Source of the DNA: Ancylonema sp.
Lineage: Eukaryota
Assembly (NCBI GenBank): GCA_050230475.1
Contig: JBFLGF010000050.1
Coordinates: 1 to 64,000 of the forward strand
DNA: 64,000 nucleotides
Direction: 5' to 3'
The notes beneath the pieces were generated by a model. It saw nothing but the letters and a program-made list of their open reading frames with translations. It did no database searches and was not told where the DNA came from. Of this stretch, positions 1 to 12,414 are shown piece after piece (positions within the stretch are counted from its first letter, which is position 1; each line of letters opens with the position of its first letter). The translations under genes and the position numbers were made by a program.

Positions 1-1244
1 ACCGGGCCGAAGCCAGCCCTCGATATTAGCGAGTCTCCGCTATACCGAGTGCGGAAAGGTAATAAATGCCTAGCGGATAATACTCTTATCCGCGGAAGCC
101 TCATTAATTACCGCAACCGCTAGGGTAAACACCCCATCCGTTACACTTGTCGTGCCGTCCACTTTGAATAGTTCACCTCTGCAGCCAGCGCTTGAGCCTT
201 TTCTTCTTCTTTCTCTTTGTTGTCCTCGAGCTCGTCGATTCCCATTTGCCCCCACACCCAGCTAATTCCCGGAGGAACTGTCTGGGCGTAGTATTTCTTC
301 TTCATCATTTCATAATTTGATTGTGACATCCCCGAAAATGACGCCAGAATCATGTCTTCTTCATTGACTGATAATCGACGATGTTTGGCTCCGTCGACCA
401 CTGCCATAAACTTGTCTTTGATTTGCCGAACACTGTCTTTTTCGTTGACTTCGAAGGTATTCAGCTATTGCTTTGAAAGTTGACGGAGTTCGGGTGTGAT
501 CCTGTCATAATCCTCGTGCAATTTTGCCCATATCGCGGGTGGATTTCGACGATCTGTTTATAGACTCGCAGCGATGCTAATACTGACCAGAATATAATCA
601 TCGATGCTTTCTTTTTGCGCTTGATAAAGCTCTTCGACTCACGGAAGTATTCACCCATCTCATTTTCATTATCCAGATCACCGCGAGCATCGAATCGTGG
701 ACCGACCACTATTGGTGCAACCTCTGTTCCGTCGCATAGGTCTAAACAATCACCAGCATCTAGAATTGCCGAAGCTTTTGACCTCCCTGCCTGAAATGTA
801 ACTTTATCTTCATTCAAAATCGTGTACCTTGCTCTGATACCACTGTTACTACTGGATTCTTCCATGAATGCAAATCGATGCAATAGTCACTCACACATAA
901 ATCAAGTAACGCACATAAAACAAGATAACTTCAATATAAGAAGAACTTGAAGATCGAAAAACTATGATTAAAATTGTCGGAGCACAAAAGCTACTCTTTT
1001 AGCTAGGCAGCGCATGTCGCTGCCGGCATCGCTAAAAGGTGATAAGAATAAATTTCGAAGAATATCGACACACCATCAAATGTCATCGACACGTTGTCGA
1101 CACGTGGCTAATAGTGACAAAGTAACACTAGCCGCAACAAGAAAATATATCATGAAATATTCCGATAAATCGACGGTACTCAAAAATCGATATAACGGCA
1201 AACATCGACATCGACAAAACATAGTTCCCAGTTCAAACTCAACA
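1..1244 (-). mobile_element. 5' part of a Ty1/copia LTR retrotransposon (5' LTR ~844-1244, PBS 831-842, degenerate gag), truncated by the window start
   Basis: The minus strand reads LTR end ...AACA-G-TGGTATCAGAGC (tRNA-iMet PBS). The gag peptide MEESSSNSGIRARYTILNEDKVTFQA is clearly homologous to the gag of the complete element at 46051-46743. The outer LTR end is inferred from TGTTGA at 1244 (about 400 bp, similar to the 411-bp LTR of the other element). Confidence 0.85.
141..865 (-). pseudogene. Frameshifted copia gag (fragments ~461-865 and 141-~460)
   Basis: Two ORF pieces align by eye to the same gag as 46051-46743 (e.g. ISWVWGQMGIDE vs ISWIWAQMGVDE). The frame is broken near 460-560. 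Confidence 0.8.
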
Positions 1245-1730
1245 TTTGTAACGTTGTACGATATTCAAAAAAAAAAAAAAAGTGCATTGTAGAAAGGACC
1301 ACGCAAAAAATATTAGCATTTAATTCCCCCCCCCCCGATGAATTTAGAGTTTTAAAAATAGAGAGACTTCGGGGTGTCGGAGGGGGGCGCGCGCAGTCGC
1401 TTTGGGGGATGCCCGCACTCTCCCCCCTTTTTTTTTAAGGATCCGAAGACCACGTAGACCATGTACATCATTTAAAAATCAAAATCCAACAAGTATTCGA
1501 GATTTTCCGACACTAAGTACGCCTGCTATCTTCACCCGTAAATATTCTTTTGAATATCTCAAATATTTTATTATTATTTTTTGTTTATGTATTGAACCAC
1601 TCCACGCCATGGAGTCGGACTCATGAGTGACATTAGATGATGTCGGACGTATGGCGTATGACATACACTATGCAAGAAGTCAGTTTTGAAGAAAACCGAC
1701 CATATCTCCGTATTGCGGCAATTAATTTTA

Positions 1731-2014
1731 GGGAGAGACTGCGGGCACCCCCCTAAGCGACTGCGGGCACCCCCCTCCGAAAGCCCGAAGTTTCTCCATT
1801 TTTTTAACTCCAGATTGATCGATAAAAAAATATTAAAAAAATGTAAATATATACTTCATAGTCTCTTCTACAGTACACAGAAAAAATATTTTCAATATCA
1901 ATTTTTTTTTGAAAGCTATGACTTTTTGAACTTACCTATTTTTAAGGGAAAGACTGCGGGCCAGTCGGAGGGGGGTGCCCGCAGTCGCTTTGGGGGGTGC
2001 CCGCAGTCTCTCCC
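1731..2014. mobile_element. MITE with ~50-bp G/C-rich TIRs (Mutator-like); an extra isolated arm lies at ~1345-1426
   Basis: GGGAGAGACTGCGGGCACCCCC at 1731 is the reverse complement of GGGGGTGCCCGCAGTCTCTCCC ending at 2014. Imperfect 9-bp flanks are TTAATTTTA / TTCATTTTT. A diverged third arm lies at 1345-1426. Confidence 0.7.
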
Positions 2015-2513
2015 TTCATTTTTTTTTGGGTATTCAGATTTCGCCCCGCAAATTTCGCCCCGCTTTTTTCGCCCCGAGCGAATGTAACCCAAGCGGCGCT
2101 CCGCGCGAAACTTTCTCCGCGCGTTCCGGAGCCAACTAATTTCGCTACAGGCTGTAGCGAAACCTAGCCAAATCGCAGATCTCCCTGCGGCCACATCGAC
2201 ACACTCCTGCAGACGTGTCGCTCTCTTGTGGACGCAATATTGCAAGCTGGTCATGTATTTTGTCGCGAGATACTTCTATACGATTAGCTCAAACGTATGG
2301 GAGATGCAGTTAATATGCCACGTATGATGAAAAAACTGTCTAAGAAGCCCTCCACCACTAGACGACAAAATTACATCACCCGATGTCCCCCCCCGCTTTT
2401 TCTGCAGCATTCTGTCTGTCCGAGAAAAGACAGATGCACAACATTAAACAGCGCGGCACCTTCAGAGTCTGGCGAAGAAATCGGGTTAATTCTCAACTAT
2501 CGGTCCTATCACT

Positions 2514-5500
2514 ATGAAGGCAATTCAGGTTTGCTCACAATTTCGCTATCGAGCTCACATGTTTCGAAGAATTTGCTTATAACTTTCAAAACAAAGCCTG
2601 TCTGTCCTTTTTCAACTCGGTATCTGTTCATAGAGGACTGCTGACGCGACATGCGCACACTACTTTGGCATATGTTGGTTGATTAGAAAAATGATCTCAT
2701 ACATTAACACGATGATCAGTGTCTGGGGGAGCACAATCTTTGCGGGATCCGGGTAGGGGATACCGCTATGAATTTATCTCCGAAAAATATTCAGGACTCA
2801 TGAAGAGGGGTTCATCAAACCGAAAAGCTGTCGAAATTTCCGCTCTGTACACCGAAGTATCCGGAAGAATCAGCATACAACAGTCCGTCTTTCAGAACCC
2901 GGATCCGGATATATTATATTACGGTCAACCGAAATTGCTGTGACTCGCACGCAAAGAGCAGCTGGATTTCGTCAAGCGTCAATAAGGAGACGGTCTTTTT
3001 GCTGCAACCAGTTTCCTTGTTAAACAATTCAACATCTTGTATCTCCTTTTTTTTCCCCCTTCTTCTTCTTCTTCTTCTTCTTCTTCTTCCTTTCTTATTT
3101 TCCCTGCCCGTTTCAGATCACGAAGTTGGATGGTCCTGACAAGTTGTTGGACAACATCTCTTGTGTCACCGACCTTCCAATTCCATCCCCCGCTCCAGGA
3201 GAGGTTCTCGTGCGGATTCAGTACGTGGAACCCGTTACAACAATCCTCTTCCACCCACTCCCTACCTCGTTTGCAAGTCTCGGGGGAGCTCTTTTTGTGA
3301 CATAAAAGATAGGCTTCACGTTTGTAAACTGCATACTTACGAAATCTTTATTTTTATAAATCGTATCTCGGAACAAGAGTTGGCCTTCACCTTGAGGTAG
3401 ATATGCACATTGCGCCTATTGCGCCAATTGCGCCTTTTGCGCCTGATGCACCAGTATGCCGTTCTATCTCGGGACGTATTGGTGCATTCCATTCAATCTC
3501 AGATAAATTTCATGATGCCATGGGGAAGAGGGTGGGGGGGGGGGTTAGTTCTCACAAACTGATCAAGGAATCAGCAACTTACTCTCGGATTGCTTTTTTT
3601 TTATGTGCACCTATCGAAAACTGCTCCAAATATATGTATATACATTCAGCCATCCAACTCTGAATTGATGGCCTTCCTACCCGCCATCCCCCCACCCCCC
3701 CACCCCCCCCCGCCCCCTAGTGTTCGTCCCATAAACCCGGCGGATATTTTTTCCCTCATGGGGGTCTACCCTGGGTTCAAACCCACCACCTTCCCTGCTG
3801 TGCCTGGATTGGAGGGGGCTGGCACAGTGGCAGAGGTGGGGAGGCTGGGAGGCTGGGAGGCTGGGGGGGGGGGCAGGAGAGGGAGACGTAAATCTATTTT
3901 TTTGGAGGGGGTATATTAAAAGCGCGGTTCAAAGTTTTTATTTCCTATTCTTTACGGCAACATTTTTTTGTGTGTGAGTGTTTGCTCCTGGTTTTTGTGG
4001 GTTGAAATCACAGCATGCATTCAGATAGGCTTAGGAGGAAAGTACCGGCCGAGATGTTCCTCAGGATTTTTTTATTTTTCTTTTCCCACTTTCTTTCTTG
4101 AAGTTCCGGGTGGGGTAAGCTGTATCTGATTTCTGTTTTCTTGTCTTCAGGTGGGGGAGGGTGTATCTGAATTCACCAAAGGCCAGCGAGTGGGTCCCAT
4201 CGTGGCCATCGATTACTGTCTCAAGGGCAACGGATCTTGGCAGGAGTACGTGGCGGTCAAGGCAGAGGACGTGGTGGCGATACCGGATGACGTCAGCGAC
4301 TCGTCAGCAGCGCAGTTTGCGATCAACCCGTTGACAGGTCAGCATACCCCCGGGCCACCGTGGGCTGCTTTCTTGTGGTTGAATCAGGTTCATGGAAGAG
4401 AGCCTTTCGTGAGTGTGGCATTGGTCTGCCTTTCGATCTATTGGATAAGCACCTCTCCGGTTAAGCACATTCTGCCTGGAGGCCAACAGTTGGGAACGAG
4501 TTTCATAATCTCCTAATCTTTACCCTCCCGAAAGGCTCACCCTCCATGTAGGCACAAACTATCCTTCTTTATCTGGGTAGCTTATAAGATGGCTAAGGGC
4601 ACACAGTTACAATACCCAAACATGTATTATGGACCAACCAACCCCCCCTCCCCACCACTCGCTGTGCACGAACTGAAAGTCAAAGTCAAAGTCAAAGTCA
4701 ATGTCACACCTATCTAATACGCCCTCCCCTACCCCCCCCCACCTCCCCAGTGGGTGGTATGCTGCGTACGTTGGCTGTTCCGAAGGGCGACTATGTTCTG
4801 CAGACAGCAGGGGGGTCTGTTCTGGGGCGACAGTTTATCGCGGTGGCTAAGCATCTTGGACTGAAGGTCAGGCGCAGCTTTTGGGGGAGGGGGGGGGAGA
4901 GGGGAAAGGTAGATTGACAGGGCTGTTTATTTTGTTTAAAGTTCTTGTCTGGTACTGTTCATGATTTGGATTGATTGATTGACTACTGGTGGGGAAAAAG
5001 AGGGATTGCCATTCATGCGACTAGAAGCTGTCTTATTTGTCGTTTTGCGTTTCTTATGAGTCAAAAGAGAAAAGATTCATCTGGGAACACAGCGGTTTGT
5101 ATCCTGAAAAGATGGAGCCTGAAATCGGAATTTTAAATTCTCACATTTGAAACCTGTTTGAAGCCTGCGTGAACCGTCCCCCTGGCCCTATCAAATGCCA
5201 ACTTTCTGGTTTCATGTTATTGAAACGTTACACTTCTTGTCAGCCTCTGTCCACAAATTCATTCTGTGCGTACCACAAAACAATCAGAAACAGAGATCAG
5301 AATCAGGATCAGGATCAGAATCAAAATCAGAATCAGAATCAGAATCAGAATCAGAATCAGAATCAGAATCAGAATCAGAATCAGGATCAGAATCAGAATC
5401 AGAATCAGAATCAGAATTAGAATCAGAAATCAGGATCAGAATCAGAGTCAGAATCAGAATCAGAATCAGAATCAGAATCAGAATCAGAATCAGAATCAGA

Positions 5501-7147
5501 ATCAGAATCAGAATTAGAACCAGAATCAACTTCAGGCACTTAGAAAGACCCCCCCCCATCATTCCCCACCTCTCTCCTCCCCCCAGACCATCAGCATCAT
5601 TCGCCGCAGTGCTCAAATTCCGGAGCTGAAATCCATCGGGGCGGATGAAGTGATCTGTTCGACGGAGGAGGACGTGGCGGCGAAAGTGAAGGAAATCACG
5701 GGGGGCAAGGGCGCTTATGGCGCAATTGAGTGCGTGGGGGGCGAGTTGTTTGCGGTGAGTCAGGATCGGAGACAAGGGGGGGGGGGTGCGGGTTAAGGGT
5801 TGAACATGGGCTCTCCGCCCTGTTTTTATTTATGTTTGTAGTAGGTATTCGTAAACCGTAGGTATCCTTTTGTAATAAAAAAATATGTCAAAAACATTTT
5901 TATGATTGAAAAAATACCAAATAATCTGATCAGGTGTTTGTTACAACTCACAACCCCAAGACCTGTTGCCAACTTCACAGACAGCTCACCAAAAAAAAAA
6001 CATCCCAAATCCGAATCCCGTTTCTTTACACGTGCCCGCGTGCTGGACAAGTGTGAGTTGTGAACCCCTTCCCCACCCCCCCACCCCCCCCCCTCCCCCT
6101 ATCCTGTCAGACGGTTGCTGCAAGTGTGCGGGACGGTGGAGAGGTGCTTCTGTACGGAGCCATGTCAGGACTCACCTTGACCGTAGGAATCCCGGATGTG
6201 CTATTCAGGTGCCGCTGCCCTTCACCCCATCCAACTACATATCTATTATCTTTCGACCTCTCTATCTTTCTAACTATCTTTCTATCCATCTAATCATCTA
6301 ACCATCCATCTGCCAATCTATCTATGTATCTTCTATCGATCTATCTATCTATCTTTCTATCTATCTATCCATCTATCTATCTATCTATCTATCCATCTAT
6401 CCAACTACCAAATCAATATTTTTCTCAAAGCATGAAGCCGTTTTGATTGCCTCGACTTGACGACAACGACATTTATGGAGATTCAATTTGTTTTCCTCGA
6501 TCGGGTGAAATGCGTTCCTGAAAAACGGAAAAACTTTTTTTCGCGTGCACACCCATCTAGCTGTATCTCGATTAGTATTACAATGAAGTGAGAAAAAAAT
6601 TTGTGAGGGAGATTGGATGTGCAGGGGTGTTTCGGTGCACGGATTCTGGGTGTCTCCGTATGTGAAAAAGATGAGCTCAGAGGAAAGGAAAGAGTTTTTC
6701 TCGTACACGATGAAGTTGTTGGAAGATAAAGTGATTGAGCCGTTTACAGGGGAGAGCTTCAAGCTTGAGGATTTCGCAGAAGCTGTGAAAAAGCAAAACG
6801 TGAGTTTTTCCTTCTCTCTCAAGCGACATGGTTGCATGCATGTTAGAAAGTGGACAAGAAATCTGTGAAAGCAAGGTGTGGATGCAATGTCAATACTTGT
6901 TTTTCTGAATATTTTTGTTAATTACTGCTCGCACGTAGAATCGCGAATCTAAACGTCTCTTATGTGATCTATTAGTAGGATAGTTGTGCAATGATACCGG
7001 CGCTATGGATCCCAAGGACATAAGTCTGGAAGAAATTGTGAAGGGTTTGTTTGCCCAAGATATGTATGTGACTTTATCGGGGTTTTGCTTTTGCAGACTG
7101 TGGGACGAGGTGGAAAGTTCATGCTTGTGGATTTGGCGCTTGTGTAG
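2514..7147 (+). CDS. Medium-chain dehydrogenase/reductase (quinone oxidoreductase / 2-enoyl thioester reductase-like), 9 exons: 2514-2528, 3117-3220, 3721-3835, 4151-4337, 4751-4866, 5587-5754, 6111-6208, 6625-6799, 7097-7147
   Basis: Phase-consistent GT-AG exons give MKAIQ...PAPGEVLVRIHVRPINPAD...PAVPGLEGAGTV...GSWQEYV...AAQFAINPLT...VLQTAGGSVLG...GADEVIC...GRGGKFMLV, which are typical ETR/QOR-type MDR motifs. Confidence 0.9.
5282..5528 (+). repeat. (AATCAG)n microsatellite in MDR intron 5
   Basis: Directly visible hexamer array of about 40 units with occasional GATCAG/AATTAG variants. Confidence 0.97.
6240..6403 (+). repeat. Degenerate (ATCT)n microsatellite in MDR intron 7
   Basis: Directly visible ATCT/ATCC runs. 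Confidence 0.9.
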
Positions 7148-7766
7148 CAGTCTAACATGGTGCAAGTTTTCGCGTTCCTTTGTGACCCACAATTTTGTCG
7201 GCTTTTGTTTCCATCAATTTCAGCAATGAGCACATTGGACGTGAGTGTGTCCTTGGATAGTAATTTTGTTGTTCTGTAAAGATATGCACTCTTTCGTCTC
7301 TTTGGGAGAAGCATGAGATTTGAATGTGCCTTTGTGCATTCACAATGGGGTGGCACCCAAATTACCGGATCTCAACCGGTGTCAGTGTGATTAGTGATGG
7401 ATTGCCATGTTAGTAACATTGGAGCCTCTACTTTTTCCTATGCTATCCAAACTTCTGAATACTATTTTATACAACGAGCATAGTTAGTATTGTTCACCAT
7501 AAGAAACATGGTATGTCGTATCCCATGGATTGCAAACATACTTTATAAACTCCAAGTGGCTAGCAACACCCAAATATAAAATAAACTGCATAATAAGCTA
7601 ATCTTGTCATGCAAACCGAGGAAGTGAGATATCGTAGCGTCATTTCAGATCCTACAAGCGCCACATGTAGCAATATGCACGGAGTCATCATTCTATATTT
7701 TTTGTTACCCTAGTCACCGATAGAAGCGTTGAAGTTTAGAACAACGGGTCGCGCCAATTCGATGCC

Positions 7767-10337
7767 TCATTTCTTCAATATGCTGCACATGGGGTCAGTA
7801 AACAAGCTTGTTACTTCCTGTTGGAATCACCATCACACATCAAAATATCGCTTGCATTTTGTTAAACGTTTGCTACAAGTACAATGTTCTTCAATTACAT
7901 GCGAAACAAAAAGATCGGCGAAAGGGACTTACTCGTATATATACGCACCAATCCCAAGTAGAATGCACACGAGGATGGTATCAATCATAAATTTTCGCGT
8001 CGTTCGGACCTGAGTTCACATTCCGAATATGACGCAAGGGCATCAATTTTTGCAGTATGGGATCCCGATATTACATCCTACAATGATCGTATCCTTCAAT
8101 GTCATCGTGAATTTCGACTCTTATTATTACCTGGACCACTCATCATGTACGAATGCAAATACGGAATAAGAAACCAAGACACACATTTTCAAAAGTTTAT
8201 ATCGAATTCCGACCTTGCTCTGATTCCGGATTCCGGAAGGATTTCTATTTCTATTTCTAGATACTCACATGATCAAGCACCTCCTTCAACCTCCTATTAT
8301 TGTTCCGAAGGTCGGTTGTGGTGCTTGTCATCTGCAACGAAAAACAATGCATTGCAACGATCACGACTAACAAATTATGGAAACGAATGTTGATGTACAA
8401 TTTGAATTGGAACAATGTGGTCGGCGAAGAGTAGATATACCTTGTTCTCAATCTCCTCCGCCAACGGTAATTGTCGGTCCATTTCCTGGAGTGCCACAAC
8501 ATCGTGTGAATCATCATGTAATCCGTACAACATTGTGTGAATCATCATGTCATCCGTCCAATATTTCCACACCCTCGACCGTTCTTGTATTAAAACCGGA
8601 GCACCGAAACGAATCATGATCTGATTGTAGATCTTCTTGTGTGAGGAGTTCTGTCTGCCCACACGTCCCGTTCTACCCAAAGCCACAATCCATCCGAAGA
8701 ACCTCATTCATTTCGTGCGCCAAATTCTTGAGGGACACAAGTCCAGCGGACATGACGTCCATCGTCTTGTCCTGCACAAGAAGAAGAAGAAGAAGAAGAC
8801 CCAAGAATAATTTAACACAAAAGGACAAAAGACGACCGAAGTACGTGCGAGGCATGACAACGTGAAACCATCATATCCCTTCATCCGTACCATCATATGT
8901 CCGTACGATGCTTACGCGAGGCACTGCCCCTGCGTTGTCTTACTTGGTTTGTTTTCCTCGACTCAAACTCAGATCTGAAGCCTCTCGAGTCAGTTGACTC
9001 CATCCAATGATCGGGATGCGCTTCGATGTCATCTGCAGCACCTCAATCTCGTTATAGTCACATTTGTCGCTACTACACTCAGGCTCTCTTTAGGTACCCC
9101 TCTCTATAGATACACCCTTCATGAAGGCACAGAACTGGATAAAGAGTTTCGAAGTTCGTGTAGCTTTCACCATCTACAAGGGATAACCGCTTTATAGGCA
9201 CCAAACATCTCTTACGAGAAGGGGGAATTGACTTGACCATACAAACTTTGAACCTGAATCCCCGGATGATTTGACATAATATGACGGTCATTTCAAGGTG
9301 ATTTAAAATCCTGTGTAACGGGGTTGACTCCTCACCTGGACTGATTGCTCCCGTCCTGGTGTCCACCCGCTTGTTTCGACCTCCCGTCCTCCATGGGCTC
9401 CCCCCGGTGCTCTCGCCGATGACCTCAATCCGCCTCGACACCTCCCTCACCATGTCCCCTCGAGCAGAGAGATCTTCCGCGGGGACACCACGCAGCTGCG
9501 CGAAGACAGAATCCAGTCAGCCAATCAGCTAACCACACAACAGCATGCGATTCAGACAAAGTGACACGCTGACCGCTCCTCCGTGTCTGAATGACACGGT
9601 GGAGGTGTCGGTGCTCGTTCAGGAGTTCAGGAGTTTCCAGACCTTGCGTTGAGAGAGCTTCTCAAGCTTCGGAATCTCTTCTTGAAGCATCGCTTTCGCC
9701 CTCCGCAACTCAGCAGTCGTGGCGGCAACAACCGCGCGGTTCCTCTCCAAGTGAATCTCCATTGTTTTCTGTCAAGGGAGGAGCCAGTCAGAAGCCAGGG
9801 TCAAGTGCGTACAGACACGAACTCCTACTTGTGCCTTTACGCGAGAACCTTTCAGTCGACATCAAGATCTCAATCCGTGGGAAGGTAAAAAAGCGATAAT
9901 ATCACTTTAGACATGGAACTTCTGAGAATTCAGTGTGCCTGCTACACGTCCGAGGTCGCCCAAGTGAGTACTTCAATTGGTGACGTCAGCGGAGTACGTG
10001 ACCAGTGATGTCTGCGCACCATCTCGGTACGACAGCAGTCCCGACGTAACGCAGATGACGTCTCGTACTCAAATTTCAAGTTATCATGGCTCTTTTTTGA
10101 AGTACAGACGTCATATATTTTGCTTGTCCCTGTAGAGTCACTGAAGAATTAGCCTCTGCGAAATCTGATTCTCACTTGCTCTGCAGCCAGGATGTTGCGT
10201 TCCATTTCCGTGTACAGGCGAAGAAATGAGTCATTGGTGTACAGCGCGTCCTTGCCCTCCTTCAGCCGGTCCGTATCATATTTCTCGTATTTTTTGCGTA
10301 TCGCGTCCACTCTCGCCAGGACGTCAATGACACTCAT
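7767..10337 (-). CDS. SYP71: Plant Qc-SNARE syntaxin of the SYP7 family (SYP71-like), 9 exons: 10337-10176, 9768-9643, 9495-9336, 9032-8944, 8771-8703, 8485-8441, 8331-8269, 8009-7933, 7782-7767
   Basis: MSVIDVLARVDAIRKKYEKYD N-terminus; ERNRAVVAATTAELRRAKAMLQEEIPKL; SNARE motif QDKTMDVMSAGLVSLKNLAHEMNEEMDRQLPLAEEIENK; C-terminal TM RKFMIDTILVCILLGIGAYIYDILKK*. All introns are GT-AG and phase-consistent. Confidence 0.92.
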
Positions 10338-10996
10338 TATTATCAAGGATTCAGAGGAAGGGAGCCACCAGGTGCCCGATAAATAGGCCTTCGCGAGTTT
10401 AGAGGTTTTCACGAATGGTCCACGCCCGTCTTTATTCCACGAACTAGTCACACTATCAGCTGAACAATAGAATACGTGCCGCACTACCAGCAATATGCTG
10501 TCAGCTGCAACGCGAATTTCCTGAAGACAAGGCGAATCAAAATCCTATCCAATCTTGTTGTTCACCGTTCAGCATGTCACTTCTTGAGAACTTTAAAAAG
10601 ACACTAACACTACTGCGAGAGGGTCAGAAAGAGAGACACCAGTGAAGTACCGCCCTTCGGACTAAGCCGGCAACAACGGGAGCTCTTCCTCAATGACCTT
10701 CTGCTCCTGTGATGACAAGCAGGGGGAATTGAAGCGGTCGCTGACAGACCGCGCCTTACGCGCGCGTGAACCGGGCGACACGCGCGCCCACTGCGATACA
10801 CGTTCTGAGTCAGAGTATTGACACGTAGGATGTGAGTGAGACGCGTACTTTTGGCCGGCCGGCTGCCAATCCTTCCCCGATATAAGCATAAGAAACCCCG
10901 ATATAACGGACAGAAGAATCCGGATTCAACATTTGCGGAGGAACGGACGGAATACCGTAAGAGCATCCGCTACGGCCTCGCAAATCTTTGAGCATA

Positions 10997-11252
10997 CCGC
11001 ACTGGGCACCGTAAATGATTTTTAATTAATTATTGAAACCCGAAAGTAATCATTTATATTAGTACCTATGAGGTCGGAATCATCAACCAAAAATCATTGA
11101 TATTAATACCACTTTTGTATTTTGTAGGCTTCAAGAAATCATTGCTAAAAATCATCAATAACACCTACCGGATTCCCGGAATCTTTATTACAAATCATTA
11201 ACAAATTAATTCGTTTTGAAAAAACAGGAATCATTTACGGTGCCCAGTACGG
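10997..11252. mobile_element. 256-bp MITE with 24-bp TIRs and TA TSD (Tc1/mariner-pogo-like)
   Basis: TA|CCGCACTGGGCACCGTAAATGATT ... AATCATTTACGGTGCCCAGTACGG|TA. A related copy lies at 22116-22384. Confidence 0.88.
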
Positions 11253-12414
11253 TAATTTGGAGATATGCTCGGTGATGATCAATTTATCATGCGGCAAAAT
11301 GACATATGCTTAATTTGCAAACGTTACGGCCTGAGCATTCTGAAGCAAAATATGGGCTTAGCTAGGGCAACGTCCGAGGAGTCTGGGGCAACGTCCCATT
11401 CTCAGCGAGTTCGTCGTGTTCGATCGAAAGTATTGACGATGACCGTAGATACGGCTCGAATTGAACTCGGGTTTCCTGAGCCGTCGGTCTAAATTTGTCG
11501 TATTGGCCGGAATCTCGCCCAAATTTTGACGTCCCGTCTGGACAACGTGGCCGTCGCAGACACCAGTACCAGGTGTTTAAAATCCCGGTCCACGACCTGC
11601 CCGGTCCACGACCTGTAGATCGCGTGGTGATCGGAAGGTTACGATCGACGGCATGCAGTCCACGTTGGGAAATAACCCAGATGTCGGTGTAGCCCAGATA
11701 TCCGGCGGGAGTTACACGGTGGTTAGTGTCCCTGCCCCTCTGAATCGATGGCCATGACCCTGCTGGTCGTAACCTTCCTGCCCCGCTGCTATACGTCAAG
11801 GTAGAAACCGAAAATTAAATAAATACCAATAGAAATTTACAATATAATAGATTTTCGAGAACTGAATGTGTTAAGAACTATATTGTTGCGATTTTCAACA
11901 CGCGAGAAGAAATCTCTCAATACAAATATTTGGACTGAACATACCAAATTTCCAAATAAAATCGTATTTTCAACGACGTCTTTACGATTACATGAGTATG
12001 AATGCAGTACAGGAGCTTCTGAAGTGAAGTGCAAATGCTGAAAAAATATTATCGTAAGCGCAAATATTTGATGGGAAGGATCAACGTGCCTAAATTTCGT
12101 TGTAAGAATAATGTTCACAAGGTCTCCCTTTGAATATTGTGATAGAAAGGGGGAAGAACGCGGCCTTCTGAAGACTGGTTTACTTGAGTTTGAAATTATT
12201 GGGGGTACGCTCTCAATGTTGTGTTTCGCTTGTAGCAACATTAGGGATACGGGTCGTGCCCTTCACATTCTTTTGGAGCGGGTCGGAGCTTGCCTTCCGC
12301 TGCGAGTGGAGCACTCCACCACACGGTCGGGGTATTCAATAAGCCGGAGTTAGCGGATGCGGAGCGGCTGGGTAACGGTCCACAATTACGCTTGCGGATG
12401 TGCGGATGTTCAAG

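Noticed and set aside
3398..3615. Possible small TIR element with TTGCGCC repeats in MDR intron 2
   Set aside because: The terminal match is weak and no TSD was found.
5169..5775. ORFs with QN/ES/IR/IL/DS dipeptide runs
   Set aside because: They are translations of the (AATCAG)n intronic microsatellite.
9079..9330. Extension of ORF 9079-9453 as coding sequence
   Set aside because: Only 9336-9495 fits SYP7; the rest is read-through into an intron.
11362..11799. 145-aa minus-strand ORF between two DNA elements
   Set aside because: No recognisable domain or supporting splice structure, so it cannot be called a gene.
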